Positions 12,001 to 23,764 of a DNA stretch of 64,000 bases are shown here, piece after piece. This stretch comes from Cyanophora paradoxa CCMP329 (Eukaryota; Plantae; Glaucophyta): positions 1 through 64,000 of the forward strand of contig QPMI01000058.1 of NCBI GenBank assembly GCA_004431415.1. The letters run 5' to 3'. Under the pieces are notes generated by a model that saw nothing but the letters and a program-made list of their open reading frames with translations, had not been told where the DNA came from and did not search any database. The position numbers and the translations under genes are program-made. Position 1 is the stretch's first letter, and each line of letters begins with the position of its first letter.

Positions 12001-15000
12001 GCCGCCGCCGCGGGACGAAGCTAAAGGGGCCGGCCGCGGGCTCTGCTGGCCCTGATCGTGAGCGGGGGAGGCCTCGGCCTCGGCCTCCCGCGCGTGCTGC
12101 ACCGCCTCGGCGCTCTCGCAGCGGATGAGCACGTGGCCGTCGTGCGTGAACTTGCACGCGTTGTGCTGCCGCCCGCTCAGCCGGCGCGCCGGGCGGCGGC
12201 GGGGCCGGCACGGGCACCGCGAGGTTGATGAGGATCTGGCGGAGGCGCGTCGGGTCGCCGTAGACGCGCGTCGGGATGTCCGGGCTGATCGCGCACACGA
12301 TCTGGCGCCCCGCGGCGTGGGCGGCGTGCATACTCAAGCTTAAGGAGCGAGAAGGCCGCAGGGGACCTCGATGCCCTTGGTGTAGCCGGCGGGGGCGACG
12401 AGCTCGGCGACGCACTCGACGACGTCGCGCAGGTCGAACGCGACGCTCTCCAGCGACACCATCCCCGCCTCCAGCTTCGAGAGGTCTGATCGCGATCACG
12501 AAAGGCGGAGGCGCGGAGAGGCGGGTCGGAGGCGCGGTGGCGGCGGCGGCGGAGGCGGCGGAGGCGGCGGCGGGCGCGTGCGGACCGAGCAGGTCGTTCG
12601 TGACGGAGATGAGCTGCTCGGAGCACTGCGCGCGCTACTCAGAGAGCGCACGTGGCGGGGCAAGCTTAGGCTGAGCCGCTGAGCGGCGGGGGCCGACGGA
12701 GGCGGGCCTGGTTCATGGACTGGAGGTAGTCGTGCTGCTCGGCGGTGAGCTCCGTGTCGGCGAGCAGCTGCACCATCCCCGTGATCCCGTTCAGCGGCGT
12801 CCGCACTTCGTGGCACCTGCACACGCCCCGCGCCGTCAGCGCGAGCAGCAGAGACGTGGACCAGCTGCAGGGCCCGTCGGCGCCAGCGCTCCGGATCCGC
12901 ACGCACACTGCGGCGGGCGGTGGTCAGAGTCCGAGGTGAGGCGGGACGTATGGGGAAGTTGAAGGGAAGCCAGAGGCGGCGGCGCACCGTAGGCGATGAG
13001 GCGGGCCTTGGCATGCGCGGCGGCTGCGGCGGCCTGTGAGGGGCGGCGCGGGGCGGGGCTGGGCGGGGCGCGGGGGCGGGCGGGAGGGCGCACCCTTCAT
13101 CTCGATCACGCGGACCTTCTCGCTCATGTCCTGCCCCACGCAGATGGCGCCGACGATGGAACCGGCGAGGTCCCGCCGCCCCGCCGCGTTCACCATCAGC
13201 CGCACCGGCCGCCGCCCCTGCAGCACCGCTGGCTCCTGCCTGGGGACCGCCCCCCCCTCGGGATCCACCGGCGTCTTAGGTTCGCTATCAGAGACTGCGG
13301 CAAGCGCGTCGGCGCACGCAGGACGGCGGAGGGCGCGCGGGGCCGGGCCGGGGGCGGCGGGCAGGCACCGGAGACGCCGGAGGCGGGGGCGCGGCGGCCG
13401 AGGAACTCGACCTCGTGGTTCTCGACCTCGCGCCCGCGCTCGAGCACGCCGGCGAGCGTCTCCCGCAGCGCGGCGCGGCCCTCCTCCGCCACGAACGAGA
13501 GCGCCGACTGCCCCAGCGCCTCCTCCCGCCGGCACCCAGTCGCCTTCTTCTCGGCCCGCGTCGGGCTCGGGGCGGGGCGGGGCGGGGCGGGGCGCGGGGC
13601 GCGGGGCGGGGCGGGGCGGGGCGCACGGCCATAGCGGCGTTCCACTCAACGACGAGGCCGGCTGGGTCGACGGCGAAGATGGGGGCGTTGCTGTACTGGA
13701 TGAGGCAGCGCAGGTCGTGGGCGAGGAGGACGGCCTTGGACTCGGACTCGCGCAGCGACTCGAGCAGCGCGTGCCGCTCGCTCACGTCCCGCACCACCAG
13801 CACCAGCATCTCCTCGCCGCCCGCCCGCATGCGGCCCACCGAGATCTCGGCGGGGAATCGCGCCCCCGCGGCTGGCGCCGGCCCGCCGGCGCCGCCCCGC
13901 CGCACGCAGACGAACTCGCGGGCGCTGGCGCCGGCGCCGACAGAGTCCGTCGAGGCGGGCGCGGGGCCGGGGGCCTTGGCGCCGCGGGCGGCCGGGGCCG
14001 GGGCCGGGGCCGGGGCCGGGGCGGGGAGGAGAAGCTCGCAGAAGCGCTCGCGGCAGGCGGCGTCGACGAAGAGCTCCGCGAAGGCGGCCCCGAGGACCTC
14101 CTCCGCCCGCCCCACGCCGAAGAGCGCCAGCGCCCGCGCGTTGAGCTTCGCCACGCGCCCCGCCCCGTCCACGACGAGGACGGCGTCCATCATGCCGCTG
14201 ATGATGGCGAGGAGGGAGCGCATCTTGCCGATGGCGGCGCCGAAGGTGTGCAGCTCCTTCACGAACGAGCCGGGGCGCCGCTCGGGCTCCTCGGCCCCGG
14301 TCCGCAGCGCCGCCACCGCCTCCACCTCGCGCGAGAAGCGCCGCAGCTGCCGCGTCATCTGCGCCACACGCTCAGCAGTCTGCCCGCAGCCGCCTGCCCG
14401 GGCCGGGCAGGGCCGGCAACGGGCCGCGGGCGCGCGCGCCTCGGTTGCGACGACGGCGGCGATGGCAATGAGCACTATGACGCCGACGGAGCCGACGATC
14501 GACGAGACCTGAGCTGCGCATGAGCCGCATGCGCAGCCGCAGCCGCCTCCGCCGGCGCCGCGAGCGCCGCGGGGGCGCGCCCTGGCGTTGAGGTGCACGA
14601 GGGCGCGGATGTCGTCGTCCGGCATCACCACCCCGATCAGGATCTGCGCATGCGCCGGGCCGTGCGCGCCGGGCCCCGCGGCCGCAAGTCAGACCCAGGC
14701 CCAGGAGGCAGGGAGGGAGGGCCGGGCGCGCCTTGAGCTCGCCGGGGGCGCCGGCGCCGGCCCCGCCGGCCCCGTGGGCGTGCGCATCGATATCGGCCCC
14801 GAGATCTAGAGCCGTCTGGACGCGCGCGGGGAAGAAGCGCGACCGGTAGACGCGCCCGCCGTGCGAGAAGTCGTTCGCTCCGACCGCGACGCCCGAGACG
14901 GGGTCGAGCCGCGCGCTCCCCTCCGCGTCCGCCGGCAGCGACTGCACGAACGCCCGCAGCAGCGGGTCCTGCGGCGGAGCGCGCGCACGGCTCAGCGGGG

Positions 15001-17621
15001 CGCGGACGGCCGGCCCGCAGAGCGCACGGAGAGCTTCTCGACGGGGGTGAGGGTGAACGCGGGGCCGCCGCCCGCGCCCGCATCGGATCCGGATCCAGCG
15101 GCGCTCGCCTCGGTCGACGCCGACGCCGACGCCGTCAGCACGGAGGGGTCGCGGTAGGCGATGACGCGGCGCTGGCCGGCGGCGTCCGTGCTGAGGACGA
15201 CCGAGAAGCCGTTCTCCGCCACCTGAGGCAAAGGCAACGCATGAGGCCTGCCGCAGGGCGCCGGCGAGCGGAGAACGGGGATCCATCCATGCGGACTTGG
15301 AGGGAGGCGAGGAACTCGGAGAGGCGCTTGAGGTCCATGGTCACCGACACGATCCTGCGCCCACGCGAGGGAGGGCCGGGAGGGCGAGGGCGAGTGCGCG
15401 CCTCGGGATCAGCTGCCGACCGCGGCCGCGGCACGGGCGGGGCCGCATGCAGCGGCTCATGATTCACCCCTGCATCTTCTCGTGCTCAGAGTCGGAATCC
15501 GCCCGCCTCGAGTTCGTCGGGTCCGAGCTGTAGAAGAACGGCTGCACGCACGCGCGCGCGGCGTTAAACGTTCAAATCTCAATGCAACGCGGCGCGCGGT
15601 CATGATCTAGACCGGCGCACGAGGCTGTACGAGACGCCGAGGCCGTCGACGGTGAGCGAGCTGGCGCCGCCGTACATCAGCACGTACGGCGGCGTCCACG
15701 CCGCCGCCTGCGTCGCCTCCACCGCCTGCGGCCGCGGCGCGCGCTCGCGCGTCGGTCTTTATCTCCGCCGCTACGATCCGCGCATGCGCGCATCCCGACG
15801 CGCGCGCGACGCATCCTCACCTCCCAGAAAGGCCGCTGCCTGCGCGTGCCGGGCGCCCAGCCACGGCGTACGCTTCATCTCCACTTCCGCAATGCGTAGA
15901 GGGGGGTACGCGTACCGCGGGTCGAGGAGGGCGGGCCGCTCGGTCCACATGAGCTGCCGCTCGAGCGTGTCCTCGCGAAAGTAGTACCCGTGGCGGTCGA
16001 GGCGCGAGCCGTTCGTCAGCACCGTCTCGATGAACGTGAAGGGCTCGACGGGCCGCGGCGCCGCAGCCGGCGCCTGCCAGCCGGCCTGCTCGCGGCGGTA
16101 CAGGAAGCCCGTCCCGTCGTTCAGAATGAGCGCCACGGAGCGGACCATAGGGTTCAGATCTGCCGCCCGAGCCCGCCCTTGAATTAACTTTCAAGTTTCA
16201 AAGCTTATGTATAATTAAAATGAGCTTCGAGGTCTAGAGGGAGAGGCCGGGCCCGGCCGCGGGGCGTAGAAGCGCATGATCAAGCGCGGGCCAGAGAGGG
16301 GGCGGGCCGGGGGGGCGGCGGGGCGTAGAAGCTTAAGCGTGGGCTCGAGATGTGTAGAGGGGGCGGGGCGGGGGGCCGGGGGCCGGGCGGGGGCGCACGC
16401 AGGGAGCCCCGCGCGATGGCCATCACGCGCTCGAAGTCCGCCGGCGTCACCCGCACCGGCTTCACCAAAGGCGCCCCCGCCACTCGCGCGCTCTGCGTCC
16501 GCGCGCGCGCGCCGCGGCGCCGGCGCACCACGAGATCAGCCAGCTGCAGGGTTCTAAATTTAAATTTCAGCCAGGCGCTCCGATGCCAATCAATTAAATT
16601 TAATTCCGAAGTTCGGGCTCTCCCTTCTCCCGAGTCCGGGCACATGTACAAGAGATCTAAAATCGATTCGATCGCCCCGCCCCTCCCCCTCCCGCCCCCC
16701 CCCCCCCCCCCCCCCCCCCCCCGCCGGCCGCTCCCCCTCTCCCTTCTTTTTCCCCCTTCCTCATTAGACCCTGAAGGCCTCCTAGAACGAGATCCTAGCC
16801 CGCGCAAAAAATGACGTAGGCCTCGGAATACATCGCGTAGGCCTCCCCCCGCCTAAACCGGTACCCCGGGGGCCGCACCGTTTCGGCGACGCGCATCGCC
16901 CGCGAGAAGACCGTCACGACGTTCTCGTACACGTGCCGCCCGACGTGCATCAGCACTGCGGGCCCCGTGCCTCGCGTCATGATCATGAGAATTAATTTTA
17001 TATTGGATGGATACGGCCGGCGCGCCGCGGGGCCTCATTATAATTAGCACGTGAAGCTTTAGATCCAGTTTTTTAATTAAGTAATATAATCATAAGTTGC
17101 GAATGAGAGTCGGCCCGGCGGCAGGGCGGGCTTCGGGCGGGCCGGGGGCGCACGCTGGCTGCTGAGGGTTTCAGCCGTCGCGTCGGCGTTGCGGTAGTTG
17201 ACCAGAGCGATGGCGAGCGTCACGGCGACCTGCGCCGACTTCGTCAACGCTCTACGGCGCTCTAATGATCATCGCGCTGACGGCGGGCGCGTGCGGGGGC
17301 GCGCGGGGCCACGGTGGGGCCGCCGCGCACCAGCACGCCCACGACGAACGGCAGCACCACGAAGCGCAGGCTGACGCGGAAGAAATTCGAGGGCCCTTCA
17401 GCCTCCAGCTGCAGGTCCTTAAGCTTGATCTTGGAATTCCCGCCCTCGCGCTCGCGCCGAGGCCGGCCGCGGGGAAACTGCATCGCCCCGCGGCCGCCCT
17501 CGACGTCGACGTCGCACGGGCGATCTTGGCATGCGGAAGGCGTCGAGCTGTCGACGGCGTCGTCCACCGCGAAGTCGCGCGAGCTCGAGCTCGTCGCCCG
17601 AGGATGGACGCGCGCCTCCAT
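9018..17621 (-). CDS. Membrane-bound hybrid histidine kinase (TM-dCache-like-TM-HAMP-like-PAS-PAS-HisKA-HATPase-degenerate REC-REC)
   Basis: H-box [12 protein letters not shown]; DLSKLEAG; [19 protein letters not shown]; ISVTDTGMG; [22 protein letters not shown]. The receiver reads [36 protein letters not shown] segments are [16 protein letters not shown] and [15 protein letters not shown]. Hydrophobic segments lie at about 17200-17360 and about 14450-14510. Confidence 0.93.
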
Positions 17622-18340
17622 GATCGAATCGCAGCTTCAGCGCGCGTGAGCGCGCGGGCGAATGCGTCTGCAGCTGGACGTCGACGCCTCGAGCTGCGAT
17701 CGGACGTCGACGCGTACGTCCCCGATGCTCCCTATATATAGGATCTGGTGTCGTCCCTTGCCGATCTGATCATGACCGTGCTGCGCTGCGCATGCTGGCG
17801 TCCGGCCCGCGCTCACATCGACATCGACCATGCGCCGCGCCGCGCGCGCGCGCCGGCAGCGGCCTCCAAATCTTGAAGCCTTGAAGCCTTGAATTTTCGA
17901 AGCTTGCAACTCGGCAACTACAGCTGCAGCCTGCAGGTTGCCATCCATGCAGCTGCGCATGCGCCAGCTGCAGGCTCCCCGCCGGCAGCTTCTTAAAGCT
18001 TGCGCCTCGAGCTTGCCAGGCTTGCGACACTGGCTGTCCATGAAAAGGGAGCAGTTCAAGAGACACGTACAGCGCGAGGCGTTTCAAAGGCTGAAACGGC
18101 CATGCATGATGGATCGATCATGATGGTGCCGTATGGCGACCGGATCGGGCGCTCGCTTGCAAACATCAGACGGGTACGCAAGTTGGACGGCCCCACCACG
18201 TCCACGTCTGCAAGACGCGCATCATCTGCTGCTGGATTCGCAGGAGCGCTTCTGCTCCGCTCGCCAGCGCCGGAGCCGTGCGTCGACGCGAATCCCGCGA
18301 CCGACGGTCCGGGTCTTCTCGGTCCGGATCCTCCGCCGCG

Positions 18341-20035
18341 ATGGAAGAGGACGGCGAGCGTACGCGCGTGGACGCCTCCAGCTTGCCCGACGCAATCCTA
18401 GCGCGCGTTTTCAGCCTCCTGTCCGCGGCGGAGCGCCTCAAGGCGGTGGCGGCCGTGTGCAGGCGATGGCGGAGCGTCGCGCGGCACCCGTCGGCGTGGC
18501 CGACGGAAGCGGAGCTCCTCATCGACTCGCGGCGCGGGCGCCGGAGCGGCGCTCCGACCGCGGGCAACACCGTCGGGCCTCTTGACGACGCGGCTTCGCT
18601 CAGGCGCATGCCGTGCGCGCCCGCCGATCCGGAGCGCCCGGCGGCGCGTGCGCAAGCTGAGCGGCCGTCGCAGGTGGCTCGCGGACACCTCTAAGCTGAC
18701 GCTCGTCGCGGACGGTGCGCGGGCACCCTTCCCGCCGCCGCGCCGCGCGCCCGCGCTCGCCGCGCCCGCTCGCGCCCGCGCCGACGTCGGATTCGAAACA
18801 GGCGACGAGCGGGAGTGGCGGTCGTACCGCAAGGGACCCGCGCTCTCGTTCCTCTCGGCGCTGCGGTTCCTGACGCACCTGCGCATCTGCGGCGAGGAGG
18901 GCGCAGCCGGCGGCGGCGGGCGGCGGGGCGAGCTGCGGCCCTCGCGCATCGTCAGCTGCACGGCCTCGATGCTCTCCGTCGTCGCCGCCGCCTGCCCGGC
19001 GCTCGCCGCCGTGAGCCTCTTCCCCGTGGACGGCTTCGAGCGGGTCGCGGCGGCCCTCGCGCCCCTCGCGTCGCTCCGCGAGGTCGACCTCCAGCTCCAG
19101 AGCGTCCGGCACCCCTCCCTCCTCGCCGCCCGCTTCCCCGCCCTCCGCGCCGTCCACGGTACCCCCCCCCCCATCCCGGCTCCCGCGCTCTCCCGTACCC
19201 CCCTCACCCCTCCTCCTCCGCAGACCTCGCGCCATCGGATCCCGAGGAGGCCCTTTTCCTCGGCAGGCGACGCCTCCTCTGCCACTCCGTCCTCCTCATG
19301 CCGCAGCGGTCCTGGGCCCACGAGTTCGAATCCCCGTCGGACCTTTTCGGCTTCGAGTGCCGCGCCAGCCTCCAAGTCCTCTCCGCAGAGTGCATAGGTC
19401 CCTGCCCCTCTCTGAATCGCGTACCCCGGCCCCCGGCGACGCCCCGGCAGGGCCGGCGCTGTACCCCGGGATCCTGGGTTCCCCCTCCCTGCCCCACCTC
19501 CGGGTCCTTTCGCTGTACTGCTCCCGGGGGGTAGACGAGCCGCTCCCGTGCCCCTTCCTCGCGGCCCTCGGCGGCGCCCCCTCCCTCCGAGCCGTGACGG
19601 TACCCCTCTTTTTTGTTCCACTCGGATTGGAGTACCCCGTCAACACGCCCGCAGCTCGGGGAGTACACCGCTCGGAGCTGCGAGGAGCTCGCGGCTGCCC
19701 TCCGGGAGTTGCTCCGGTGCGCTCTCGCCCCGCCCCGTACCCCCCGTAACGCCGTCCGAGCCGCGGTACCCCCCGCCCCAGCGCCCCGCGACTCTCGACG
19801 GTCGATCTGAGGGGGGTTGCCTTCAAGGGCTTCGACGCAGTGCGCCGCCGCTGCACCCCCGAGAGCCCTGTACCCCCTCGCTACTCACCGCGCCCAGGCG
19901 GCGCTGCGCGCCCGCTTGGCGGGCGACGGTCGCGAGCTCTCGCGGCTCCGGCTGCCCCTGGACGGCTCGGAGGGCGGGGACGGCTCGGGAGGCCCCGAGG
20001 CGGAGCTTGAGGCGGCCTTCGCGTGGCTCACTTAG
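18341..20035 (+). CDS. F-box protein with degenerate LRR-like C-terminus
   Basis: F-box SSLPDAILARVFSLLSAAERLKAVAAVCRRWRSVA, followed by LRR-like FLTHLRI, LREVDLQ and LPHLRVLSL segments across introns. Confidence 0.8.
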
Positions 20036-20175
20036 TTAGGCCCCCGCGCCCCGCGCCCGAAGGCCTCACACCTGTCGTTGTTTTGAGACTCGTCGAATTC
20101 ATGATATGATACGCATGATACTACGATAGCATGGTATGCATTTGCGATTGCACAATTCGGACTGCCGAGCGCTAG

Positions 20176-20177
<2 letters not shown>

Positions 20178-20220
<43 letters not shown>
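20178..20220. repeat. Poly-G homopolymer (about 43 nt) between convergent genes
   Basis: Uninterrupted G run. The upstream GAGCGCTAGCCGGGG recurs just downstream as GAGCGCTTAGCCGGGG. Confidence 0.95.
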
Positions 20221-20782
20221 CTCTTCGCTTAGAGCGCTTAGCCGGGGAGGCTAGGCTATGCGCTGGGCCCTGGGGGCGCTAAATCTGGAGCGCTTAGAGG
20301 GAGGGGCCTGGCCATGGGCCATGGCGCCAGAGAGGCTAACTTGGCAAGTGAAGAAGGACCTGGACACTGTGACATGTACGGCCACGAGCTCTCCCGCACA
20401 GCGAAAGGATAACGGACCAGGATCACCTCTGGACCACCGCTGGCCTTCAACGATGGGGTCGTGGGATCGAAGGGGGGGTCATGGGATCAGAGGGGTGAAC
20501 CGATCCTTGAACGCCTGCGGGGGAAGCCCTGAGAAGTCAGGAGGGGGTGCGGGTTGAGGGGCGGGGAGGGAGGTGAGGGGAGGGCGAGGGGCGTACGGAC
20601 CTTCAACGATGGGATCACGGGGTCGGAGGGGTGCAAGAACCAGGCGAGCGGCACAGGCATCGATGGAACCAATTCGGAGCTTTAACGCCTGCGGAGGAAG
20701 CCCTGAGAAGTCAGGAGGGGGCGGAGGGGGGGGAGGGGGGACGGGGGGGGGGGAAGGGGAGGGAGGGGGCGTGGGTATGGAC

Positions 20783-21330
20783 CTGCTGGACCACCGCGGG
20801 CCCCTCGAGGCCCACCGCTGGGGAGTCCGCCGCTTCGAAGCTCCGCATCCGCTCGCGTGGATGTACCCCTGTACCCCCCCCCGCTCGGCCGCGCCCCCCA
20901 CGGACACGGAGCGGGCGTCCCCGCGGGAGGCGAGGAGGCGCCGCAGCTTCGCCAACGCCTTCTCCCGCGGCCCGTCGTACATCCACGGCTCCGCAAAGTG
21001 CGCCTCGTCCTGCACCGCCGCCGGTCAGGGGCGGGGCCGGCGGGGCGGGGCGGGGCGGGGCGGGGCGGGGCCCGCCTCGTTGAAGACGCTGACGCAGCTG
21101 CGGGAGCTCTCCGAGCACTGAGCGATCGACACGGCGTCCTCCACGGGGCACGAGGGCGGGTATCCGGCTGGACGGCGTTGGCCGAGGCGCGGTCAGCGGC
21201 CGCGCGTGGCGCGGGCGCGGTGCCGGCAGCGACGCAGGCGTGCAGAAGGCATTCGCGTCCTGCTGTAGACGCGAGGGGCGCGGCTGGGACCTCCGCAATG
21301 GCCGATGCGGGGGCTAGCTGCGGGCCTGGC
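20783..21330 (-). pseudogene. DUF1499-family gene, apparently frameshifted and 3'-truncated
   Basis: Reads CSESSRSCVSVFNE / DEAHFAEPWMYDGPREKALAKLRRLLAS...GYIHAS, typical of DUF1499. An 11-nt insertion (GGATGCGGAGC) shifts the frame before FEAADSP. The conserved C-terminal SASR.G.SDLG.N motif was not found. The 5' exons are unresolved. Confidence 0.6.
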
Positions 21331-21983
21331 GCGCGCCTTCCGCAGCGGCTGGGCGCGGGACGGCTTGTTGCTTCAGCGCAGCTGCTCGAGGCTTGCCAAC
21401 CGACTGCGCGGCGAAGGCATGATTTGAATCTCCCGCGCGCGCATCAGGGCGCCTTCCTCAGCGGGCTTTGATACTGCTCAGCGGACGGCATGGTTGGTAT
21501 CGCCGGCACGCGCGTGCAGGGCCGCCTCGCACGCGTACGATGTAAACATCAGCATTGCCGACCATTGCAGGGCCGTGCAAGTGCACAGGTTGCCGATGGG
21601 CGATGGGCCATGGCCCATGGGGCTGGTTTGGGTACGTGAGCAGTCCAGTTTGCAATGCTGGCGACAAGGTCGGCCTCGAGCTCGGCCCGCGCGTGGGCTG
21701 GGGCGCTGCGGGCGGCGCGGTTGGCACACGCGGGACCAGCAAAAGGCGTCGGCAGGTCGGAAATCGCGGCGGCGGCGCTTTCGGTCACAGGTGGCGTGGG
21801 CGCGCCAGCGAGCCCGGCGGCGACGCAGCGGAGCGCTGTGCTCGATGACCGGAGTTGTCCGCGCGCGGGTGTTCGCCATCGACCGCCTGCGCTGCCTCGT
21901 CGTGCAGACATCTGCACGGCCGCGGGCTGGCTCCAGCGCGGTGCGCCTTAAGCCTATGTGCCGGCCAACAGCTTCGGTTCATA

Positions 21984-23656
21984 ATGTGCACAGGGATCGG
22001 CTTTTCGTCCGCGCACAGGCCTCCATGGCCAGCTGCGCATGCAGCGCCGGCTGGCGCCGCAGCGCTGCGGGAGCTGCAGACAGAAGCCAGCATGCGAAGC
22101 GCAATCGTTAGCCGCGGCAACAGCGTCGTCAGCTTTGCGTCCGCGGAACCAGCACGGCGACCGCGCACTCGGCCAGCGCGGCCGAAGCCCCCGGCGCCCG
22201 GCGCGTCGCTCGCGGACACGCACCCGCACCTGATCGCCGAGTGGGACGTGGAGGACAACGAACTGCTGGAGCCGGACGGCAGGCAGCTGCAGGTCACGCC
22301 GCGGGACGTGTCGGCGGGCTCGGCCTACAGAGCGAGCTGGAGATGCAGCGACTGCGGGCACCGCTGGAGAGTGCCGGTCACATCGAGAGCACATGTCCGG
22401 CATCCAGCGGGCTGCCCCGAGTGCGCCAAGCTTCAGAGGATTTCTCCTCAGACGGGCAGGCCGCCGCGGACCGCGCCGTTCGAGGAGCGCAGGCTGAGCG
22501 TCGTTTGTCCCGACGTGGTGCGCTTCAGCCGTCGTGCTCGCGCGAACAAGGTACGCATTCCGAAGTTCACGCGTGCGATTTCAGGCCCTGGAGTGGCACG
22601 AGAAGAACGAGCTGACCCCGGACGATGTCACGTACGGGAGCAACAAGCGCGTCTGGTGCGCTGAATTCGGCAATGCTTTCCTGCTTTGAAGCCAATTCAG
22701 CCACTTCGCGCGGCCAGGTGGCGATGCCCGGTGGACCAGGCGCACGAATGGGAGGCGGTAATAACCGACCGCACACTCAAACGATCCAGCTGTCCCTTTT
22801 GCGCACCTTCGGTGCAACCGCTTCGTCTCCTTGTCTTCACTGCAGTGTGTATTTTTTTTATGCCCTAAATGTTTTTCTCGGGCGAAGGGCCGGGCTGTTC
22901 CGCCGGAGAAGAGCCTCGCCACACTGAACAAGAAGGCGGCCGCCGAGTGGCATCCAGAGAGGAACGGCACTCGCACGCCTGAGGTGAGCTTTCGTCTGCA
23001 GCCCTGTTTCGAATTCTCACGGCGCGCGCGCACCGCAGACCATCCGTGCGCAGTCGAACCTGGTGTGTTGGTGGCAATGCCAAGACTGCTCGCATGAGTG
23101 CGTTTCTAGATCTAATCCTCCTTTGATTCGCCGACGGCCGGGCAGGTGGCAGACGACTCCAAACTGCCGCACCGGTACCACTACTCAAAGCGAGTGCGTT
23201 TCCAATACACATAATTATGCGCATGCGCTCGCGATCGGTGATCGTGATCGTTTGAGAGCGCATGCCCGGCGGCCTCGCAGCTGCCCCGCCTGCGCGGGAC
23301 TTGCGGTGACGGACCAGAACAACCTGGAGGCGCGTTTCCCCGAGGTGGCCGCGGAGTGGGACGTCGAGGCGAACGGCGGCCTCAAGCCGAGTGAGGTGAT
23401 GCCGGGCTCGAACAAGAAGTACTGGTGCGTCCGGCGCACGCGTGCTTTCGAGACGCATGGCCTGACATCGCACGAACAGGTGGCGCTGCAGGGAGTGCGG
23501 GCACAAGTGGCAGGCACAGCCCAATAATCGCACATCGAGAAAGAGCGGCTGCCCTCCGTGCGGCTTGCGCAAGGGAGGAGAGAGCATCCGGCGGCTCGCG
23601 CAAGAGAGGCGGGCGGCGCGGCTGCTGCAGGCGAGCAGCGCGGGACCGCACGCGTA
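21984..23656 (+). CDS. Protein with four tandem DUF4379 (PF14311, treble-clef zinc-ribbon) repeats and a possible organelle transit peptide
   Basis: Four units of the form SL...P.+A.EW...N...P..V..GS....WW.C..CGH.W......R....CP.C, for example WRCSDCGHRW..GCPEC, WRCPVDQAHEW..SCPFC, WWQCQDCSHEW..CPAC and WRCRECGHKW..GCPPC. The N-terminus is Ala/Ser/Arg-rich and the start is uncertain. Confidence 0.85.
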
Positions 23657-23764
23657 GCTCCTCGTGACTTCCATCACATAATAAGAGATATTAAAACAAC
23701 ACACTGATTCTGCCTGGTCCTGGCTTGGACCCTTGCCCTGGCCCTTGTCCGGGGCCTCGGGGGG

